Assembly (NCBI GenBank): GCA_964416075.1
Contig: CAYQDH010000006.1
Location: forward strand, 1-35,164
Source: an uncultured Anaerolineales bacterium
Lineage (GTDB): Bacteria; Chloroflexota; Anaerolineae; UBA1429
Direction: 5' to 3'
Length of the DNA stretch: 35,164 bases
The notes below the pieces were generated by a model, which did not search any database, had not been told where the DNA came from, and was given only the letters and a program-made list of their open reading frames with translations. The position numbers and the translations under genes are program-made. Below, one piece after another: positions 30,845 through 35,164 of the stretch. The first letter of the stretch is position 1, and the number at the start of each line of letters is the position of its first letter.

Positions 30845-31927
30845 ATGGTACAGATGTTTGGTCGGTCTTGGACACAACAAGAGCTCATGCGCTATGCAGG
30901 CAACATCTCGCAGTTGGGTGGCGTGCGAGTGAGCGAGCTTCAGGAGGGGAACTCGCGCGGCGTACAGGTAGCCGAGTTCGAGACGGGATCGGGGTTTGCC
31001 TTCACGGTGCTTCTGGACCGGGGTATGGATATTGGGGCCGCCAAATATTGCGGCGCCTCGCTGGCCTGGCATTCGAGCATCGGCCCGGCCCATCCGGCCT
31101 ATTTCGAGCCCCAGGGCCTGGGCTGGCTGCGCACCTTCCACGGTGGGTTGATGGCCGGCGGCGGGATGACCTACATGGGCTCTCCCACGGTGGATGAAGG
31201 GCAGAGCCTGGGCTTGCACGGGCGGCTGAACCACCTCCCTGCCACCAATGTGTGGGCCGATGGCGTGTGGCGCGGCGACGAGTATGAGATGTGGGTGCGC
31301 GGGCGCATGCGCGAGACGGTGGTGTTCGGTGAGAATATCACCCTCACCCGGCGCATCTCGGCCACACTGGGCAGCTCGCGACTCATGATCCGGGATCTGG
31401 TGGCCAACGAGGGATTCCAGAAAGCGCCGCACATGATCCTCTACCACTGCAATTTCGGCTTCCCCTTGCTGGCCGAGGGCACCGAGCTGCTTGCGCCTGA
31501 CAAGCAGGTGACCCCCCGCGACGCGGGCGCCGCAGCCGGACTGGATGCCCATGCGCGCTATGAGGCGCCTATCGACGGTTACCAGGAGCAGGTTTTCTAC
31601 CATGACCTGGCCGCCGATGCCTCGGGTTACGCCACGGTGATCCTGGCCAACCGCGCCTATAACGGCGGCCAGGGGCTGGGCGCCTATCTTAGGTATAGGC
31701 AGGCGGAGCTGCCGCGCTTGATCCAGTGGAAGATGGTCGGCCCGGGCACCTATGTCACGGGCTTGGAGCCGGCGAACGCCAGCGTGGAAGGACGCGACGT
31801 AGAGCGCGCCCGTGGCACGCTGCAATTCCTGGAGCCCGGCGAGCAACGCGAATACCTGCTGGAGATCGGTGTGCTGGCCAATAATGCGGAGATCGATGCG
31901 CTGGCGGCCACCCTCCCCAAGCCCTAA
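30845..31927 (+). CDS. DUF4432 / aldose 1-epimerase (galactose mutarotase)-like family protein
   Basis: Family-typical blocks are FGRSWTQQELMRYAGNISQLGGVR, VLLDRGMDIGAAKYCGASLAW and LGLHGRLNHLPA. GGGAGGTG lies upstream of the ATG. Confidence 0.75.
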   Translation: MVQMFGRSWTQQELMRYAGNISQLGGVRVSELQEGNSRGVQVAEFETGSGFAFTVLLDRGMDIGAAKYCGASLAWHSSIGPAHPAYFEPQGLGWLRTFHGGLMAGGGMTYMGSPTVDEGQSLGLHGRLNHLPATNVWADGVWRGDEYEMWVRGRMRETVVFGENITLTRRISATLGSSRLMIRDLVANEGFQKAPHMILYHCNFGFPLLAEGTELLAPDKQVTPRDAGAAAGLDAHARYEAPIDGYQEQVFYHDLAADASGYATVILANRAYNGGQGLGAYLRYRQAELPRLIQWKMVGPGTYVTGLEPANASVEGRDVERARGTLQFLEPGEQREYLLEIGVLANNAEIDALAATLPKP

Positions 31928-31935
31928 GAAACCTT

Positions 31936-32003
31936 AACGCCAAGGCACAAAGAACACAAAGCTCTTTATATAGAAGCCTTCGTGCTCTTGGCGTCTTGGT
32001 GTT
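31936..32003. repeat. 68-nt imperfect palindrome of the same unit family, between convergent genes (probable bidirectional terminator)
   Basis: AACGCCAAGGCACAAAGAACACAAAGC (31936-31962) pairs in register with GCCTTCGTGCTCTTGGCGTCTTGGTGTT (31976-32003) around an AT-rich centre. The outermost 9 positions all pair, with one G-T wobble. Confidence 0.55.
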
Positions 32004-32021
32004 TTACCTGCGGCTTGAATC

Positions 32022-34562
32022 CTAGCGTATCGTAAGCTGCGCCAGAACGATATGATCACCTAACGCCTGCCCACGGCCATCCGCCACGGGCAGGCGTTCG
32101 CCTGTGGAGGCCATATAGAGGCCGACGTGCAGCGCATAGCGCCCCGCGGGCGCCTGAGGATCGACCATGATGGTGTAGCGATCCACCACGGCGTCGCCTG
32201 CGATCCAGCTCGAGGTGGGGTACTTGCCTTGCATGGGCGGGCTATCCACCTGGCCCCACAGAGGGTTGCCGGTACGCGGGTTCGTCCTTTCGCCCACCAC
32301 CTGCACAAAGACGGTGTATTCCCCCTCCACCCTGTCCGCAGCCCGCCAGTAGAGAGCCAGCTCTAGCGGATCCCCTGCATGGAGAACATCGTGTTTCAAG
32401 TCATAACCTTGCAGCACAATGGCGCGGCCCAGGCGATAGTCGAGAGGAGTCTCGGCCGTCGTCGCGTCGCTGCCCATGGTGCGGAAGACTCGCACAGAGC
32501 CCAGATCCACTGCGTTCGATGGAGTGCCCCGCGACGACTCTAGATAAAGGCGCACGGTGTACATGCCGTTACCCACGGCGGTGGAGATGGGGATATCGGT
32601 GCGCAGCCTCTGGCGCGTGGGTGCGGGGGCATCCACCCTTAGAGAGGCCAGCTCACTGAAAGAACCCACGGCACGGCCCTGCCGATCTACCAGGCCCGCC
32701 TTGCAGCGCAGTGGGTCTGCGCCGCCGTACCCGGCGCTGCTCTCGATGCGCCAGGTCGTTGCCACGCGCAGGCTGCGCCCCGTGCGCACCTCGGCGAGGG
32801 GTTGATCATAGCCCTCCAGAAACATGCCCGGGGCCGGAGTGGCCGGCAACGCAACCTGCGGCCGATAGGTGTCGGCGACAGTTAGCGGCCGCGCATCTTG
32901 GCGATACAGGGCCAGGCCGCGCTCGCCGTAAGATTCTTGCAGTATGCGCTGGCCAGCGCCTTGCAGCCATGCGCCCACCTGGCGGTCGGGATCTTGCTCC
33001 AACGCCTGCGCGATGGTGACCACCCACAGACCGTCATTTTGCTCCCAGGCGGGCTTTACGTAGGGGGAGAGCAATTTCTCGCCCCCCGCCGCGCCATAGG
33101 GTACCTGGTAAACGGGGAGAGAACCCTCATACTCGTAGCGAAAGATGGGCCACTCGCTATCGTTCATCAGCAAGATGGCCTCACCGGGCTGGCCATAGGC
33201 TTCGATGGTATTGGCGAGTGTGGCATAGTCGTCGCGCAAATAGCGCCCATCATAGTAGCTGCTGAGGGGCCAGGCGAGCAAGAGGATCACGCCAGCTAGC
33301 CCAACCCACGGGGACCAGGGCCAACGCCTCACGCCCATGTTGAGACCGCCCGCCAGCAGCAAGCTGAAAGGGGTCTGGCAGAGCAGGAAAAAGCGCGCCG
33401 CGAGCTTGCTCTCATAGCCCAGGTGAAAGATAGGAAGCGTGAGCAGATAGGTCAACAACCAGGGCACCAGCAGGGCGATCCAAAGCACGCTCATGCCCTG
33501 GCGTGGCCTAGCCGTGTGGGAGAGAGAGGCTATAGGCCTCCACGATAGCAAGGTCAGGCCGGCCACGAGCCAAAGAAGCAGCGTCTGCGCCGTGTACTGC
33601 TCGATGTGCAGCGACGTGCCCACGGCAAGGAGCGTAGCCACCATACGCAGCATCTCCGCGAAGGGCTGAGGGACGGAGGGGGTCCAGGTGACGCTTTGTT
33701 GCGCGTGCAATAGAAACCAGGGCAACACACAGACCACCACCAACACTTGGCTCGCGGCCCAGGCCGCGAGCGGTCGCCTCCAGGGTTGCCTATGATGCCA
33801 GCGCAAGGCCAGCCACAGGGATATGGCGAAATTCTGCGCAGCGAGGACGAGCAGGGCGATATAGTGCGTATAAGCCGCAAGCACGGTGATTAGGATGTAG
33901 GCCCCCCATGGGAGGAAACGCCTGACGGCGTCACTACGAGCGGAGAGCCTGTTCGTCGTGCGCCCGTTAGAGCGTTCCCTTGGGTTGGACGCAAAGAAGT
34001 GCCTTGCGGCGTCGCCACGAGCGGGGGTGGAGCGAAGCAATCGCTGGGCCAGCTCAACCGCCAGAAACAGAGAGAGCATCGACAGCGTGCTGACCATGGC
34101 GTACATCTTGATCTCTTGAGACCACTCGATGTGAAAGCGCGAGATAGCGAGGAGGAATGCTCCCATCCATGCAGCCTGGCGATGGCCCAGGAGCCGCGTG
34201 CCCAGAGCGTAGGCAACGGCCACCCCCATCACACCCCACAGGGCGGAGAAGAAACGCAGCGATAGTAGCGAGGGGCCCGTGGCCAGGTACCAGCCGTGGA
34301 GAAGCCAATAGTAGAGCGGAGGATGCTGGTCCCGCGCCTGGTAGAGGGTGATCTCGGCCAGAGACATGGGCGCCTGCCAGGCGGAGCTGCCTTCATCCCA
34401 CCAGATGTTCTTGTCAACCAGCCGATAGAGGCGCAAAGCCAATGCGAGGAGCACGATGGCCAGCATAATGACCTGGGGATGGTCGCGCAACCAGCAAGAG
34501 AGGCGTCGCAGGGTCAGCGTGCCTCGATTTGTTGCATGAGAGAGCCAAGAAGGGGCTGTCAT
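32022..34562 (-). CDS. GT-C fold glycosyltransferase family 39 (ArnT/PMT-like) membrane protein with a large C-terminal extracytoplasmic domain
   Basis: The N-terminal loop motif is IWWDEGSSAWQAP...DQHPPLYYWLLHGW, followed by many hydrophobic helices and a ~400-aa soluble C-terminus. The ORF track extends to 34613, but that overlaps the tRNA. The ATG at 34562 (MTAPSWL) has GAGG 6 nt upstream. Confidence 0.8.
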   Translation of the reverse strand: MTAPSWLSHATNRGTLTLRRLSCWLRDHPQVIMLAIVLLALALRLYRLVDKNIWWDEGSSAWQAPMSLAEITLYQARDQHPPLYYWLLHGWYLATGPSLLSLRFFSALWGVMGVAVAYALGTRLLGHRQAAWMGAFLLAISRFHIEWSQEIKMYAMVSTLSMLSLFLAVELAQRLLRSTPARGDAARHFFASNPRERSNGRTTNRLSARSDAVRRFLPWGAYILITVLAAYTHYIALLVLAAQNFAISLWLALRWHHRQPWRRPLAAWAASQVLVVVCVLPWFLLHAQQSVTWTPSVPQPFAEMLRMVATLLAVGTSLHIEQYTAQTLLLWLVAGLTLLSWRPIASLSHTARPRQGMSVLWIALLVPWLLTYLLTLPIFHLGYESKLAARFFLLCQTPFSLLLAGGLNMGVRRWPWSPWVGLAGVILLLAWPLSSYYDGRYLRDDYATLANTIEAYGQPGEAILLMNDSEWPIFRYEYEGSLPVYQVPYGAAGGEKLLSPYVKPAWEQNDGLWVVTIAQALEQDPDRQVGAWLQGAGQRILQESYGERGLALYRQDARPLTVADTYRPQVALPATPAPGMFLEGYDQPLAEVRTGRSLRVATTWRIESSAGYGGADPLRCKAGLVDRQGRAVGSFSELASLRVDAPAPTRQRLRTDIPISTAVGNGMYTVRLYLESSRGTPSNAVDLGSVRVFRTMGSDATTAETPLDYRLGRAIVLQGYDLKHDVLHAGDPLELALYWRAADRVEGEYTVFVQVVGERTNPRTGNPLWGQVDSPPMQGKYPTSSWIAGDAVVDRYTIMVDPQAPAGRYALHVGLYMASTGERLPVADGRGQALGDHIVLAQLTIR

Positions 34563-34584
34563 CGCGCGCCTCGGAAATAAAAAA

Positions 34585-34656
34585 CGCCCCCTGGGCGACT
34601 CGAACGCCCGCACACGGCTCCGGAGGCCGATGCTCTATCCACTGAGCTAAGGGGGC
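34585..34656 (-). tRNA. tRNA-Arg (anticodon CCG), 72 nt, CCA not encoded
   Basis: The minus strand reads GCCCCCT TA GCTC AGTGGATA GAGC A TCGGC CTCCGGA GCCGT GTGC GGGCG TTCGAGT CGCCC AGGGGGC G. It has a 7-bp acceptor stem, a 5-bp T stem and a TTCGAGT T-loop. The anticodon loop is CT-CCG-GA. There is one U-U mismatch at the top of the anticodon stem. Confidence 0.9.
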
Positions 34657-34667
34657 AAACCGACGTA

Positions 34668-34696
34668 AGTATAGCGGTAATGAACACCGTTGGCAA
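34668..34696 (-). promoter_or_regulatory. candidate promoter for tRNA-Arg
   Basis: The minus strand reads TTGCCA (34691-34696), a 17-nt spacer, then TATACT (34668-34673). The -10 ends 11 nt before the tRNA 5' end. Confidence 0.5.
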
Positions 34697-34704
34697 ATCA
34701 AGAG

Positions 34705-34729
34705 CCAGCTAGGACTGAAAACTAGCTGG
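34705..34729 (-). terminator. 8-bp hairpin overlapping the stop codon of the small membrane protein gene
   Basis: CCAGCTAG (34705-34712) pairs with CTAGCTGG (34722-34729) across a 9-nt loop. On the minus strand it is followed by CTCTTGATTT. Confidence 0.4.
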
Positions 34730-35138
34730 GCTGTCGATCACTGGGTGGCCTGTAGCGTGGACGCGGCGTGGCCAACATCCCGCCATTCAAGGCTCCAGCG
34801 AGGGCAACGCCGACGAGCAGGAACTGCGTGGGATTGAGAAAGAGCACTGCGCCCACAAGAAGGGGCGCTACAGCCCCCAGGCTGGACCAGAAAGCATGCT
34901 TGAGGGGCAGATCATCCGCGATCTTGCCCACGATATACCCGGCCAGGCCACAAGCGAGAAAGAGCCATATGACCATCAATGGCGGGCCAAAGCGAGCATA
35001 AAAGTCCGTTGTGCTCTCGTTGACGGCGAGATAAGCCCCACCTATCGAGGTAAAGACCGTAATGACGAAATTGAGTCCCAACCCCCCGAGCAGGGTCCAC
35101 CAGTTGATGCCGTCGAAATTCAATAGCGATTTGAGCAT
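34722..35138 (-). CDS. small integral membrane protein (about four predicted helices), function unknown
   Basis: The 138-aa product has hydrophobic runs WWTLLGGLGLNFVITVFTSIGGAYLAV, LMVIWLFLACGLAGYIVG, LGAVAPLLVGAVLFL and LLVGVALAGALNGGML. GAGGAG lies upstream of the ATG at 35138. Confidence 0.6.
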   Translation of the reverse strand: MLKSLLNFDGINWWTLLGGLGLNFVITVFTSIGGAYLAVNESTTDFYARFGPPLMVIWLFLACGLAGYIVGKIADDLPLKHAFWSSLGAVAPLLVGAVLFLNPTQFLLVGVALAGALNGGMLATPRPRYRPPSDRQPS

Positions 35139-35164
35139 CCGTCCACGTCTCCTCGGACCGATTT

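Noticed and set aside
30821-31846. A 341-aa minus-strand ORF opposite the DUF4432 gene.
   Set aside because: It is antisense to a CDS with family-typical blocks and a strong RBS. The product is Ala/Gly/Arg/His-rich with no motif.
34563-34613. N-terminal extension of the GT39 ORF to 34613.
   Set aside because: The extension would read through the tRNA-Arg gene (34585-34656). The ATG at 34562 has a GAGG RBS. I also trimmed the ORF-track extensions at 6382-6540 (ADH), 10595-10711 (sialidase, which overlaps the SGNH CDS), 26964-27107 (E1), 12444-12488 (MBL), 12587-12676 (AKR), 13746-13817 (enolase), 17794-17874 (TIM barrel) and 2869-2934 (response regulator). In each case an internal ATG has a good RBS and matches the family N-terminus.
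1-35164. Search of the whole window for mobile elements, prophage genes, toxin-antitoxin pairs, restriction-modification, retron/DGR reverse transcriptases, cas genes or other defence modules.
   Set aside because: No ORF on either strand shows transposase (DDE, HUH), integrase, reverse-transcriptase, nuclease-ATPase defence or small TA-pair signatures. The only methyltransferase (19074-19847) is a small-molecule or generic class I type with no partner nuclease. I therefore report no defence or mobile system.

Overview
High-GC bacterial chromosomal window. I call 30 protein-coding genes (one running off the left edge) and one tRNA-Arg(CCG). I found no transposase, integrase, CRISPR array, cas gene, phage gene or recognisable defence or toxin gene. 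Several traits suggest a Chloroflexota-like host: a TAT-lipoprotein solute-binding protein with a VEKEK-repeat linker, long Thr/Ala/Pro linkers, a SpoVS homologue and hairpin repeats built from CCAAGG-type units. This is inference only. Left to right: a truncated aconitase-family ORF; an orphan sugar-type ABC binding protein with a GntR regulator; a NarL-type orphan response regulator; spoVS; an M42 peptidase; a Zn-ADH; a TrmH methyltransferase; and a GH99-like lipoprotein. Next comes a ~9.5-kb carbohydrate locus of three operons at 9389-18938: (1) MBL hydrolase, SGNH esterase and GH33 sialidase; (2) AKR-[4Fe-4S] and a divergent enolase-superfamily protein; (3) Gfo/Idh/MocA, a xylose-isomerase-like TIM barrel and a BNR propeller-LamG protein. 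All eight products lack export signals, and the locus has no transporter, regulator or nan catabolic gene. After a SAM methyltransferase comes a tightly coupled six-gene operon (20042-26920). It encodes a P. stutzeri-type L-rhamnose isomerase, a class II aldolase, a 593-aa MDR dehydrogenase with an internally duplicated Rossmann module, an SrlD-like SDR, an MtlD-like dehydrogenase and a FruK-type PfkB kinase. The window ends with a fused E1 alpha-beta 2-oxoacid dehydrogenase plus E2, a DUF4432 mutarotase-like gene flanked by hairpin repeats, a large GT39 (GT-C) glycosyltransferase placed 22 nt after the tRNA, and a small membrane protein. The best candidates for undescribed biology are the cytoplasmic sialidase-fold locus and the mixed rhamnose/hexitol-type operon with the duplicated-domain MDR. 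Both are hypotheses drawn from domain content and gene order, not demonstrated systems. All family assignments come from reading motifs by eye and need HMM or BLAST confirmation.
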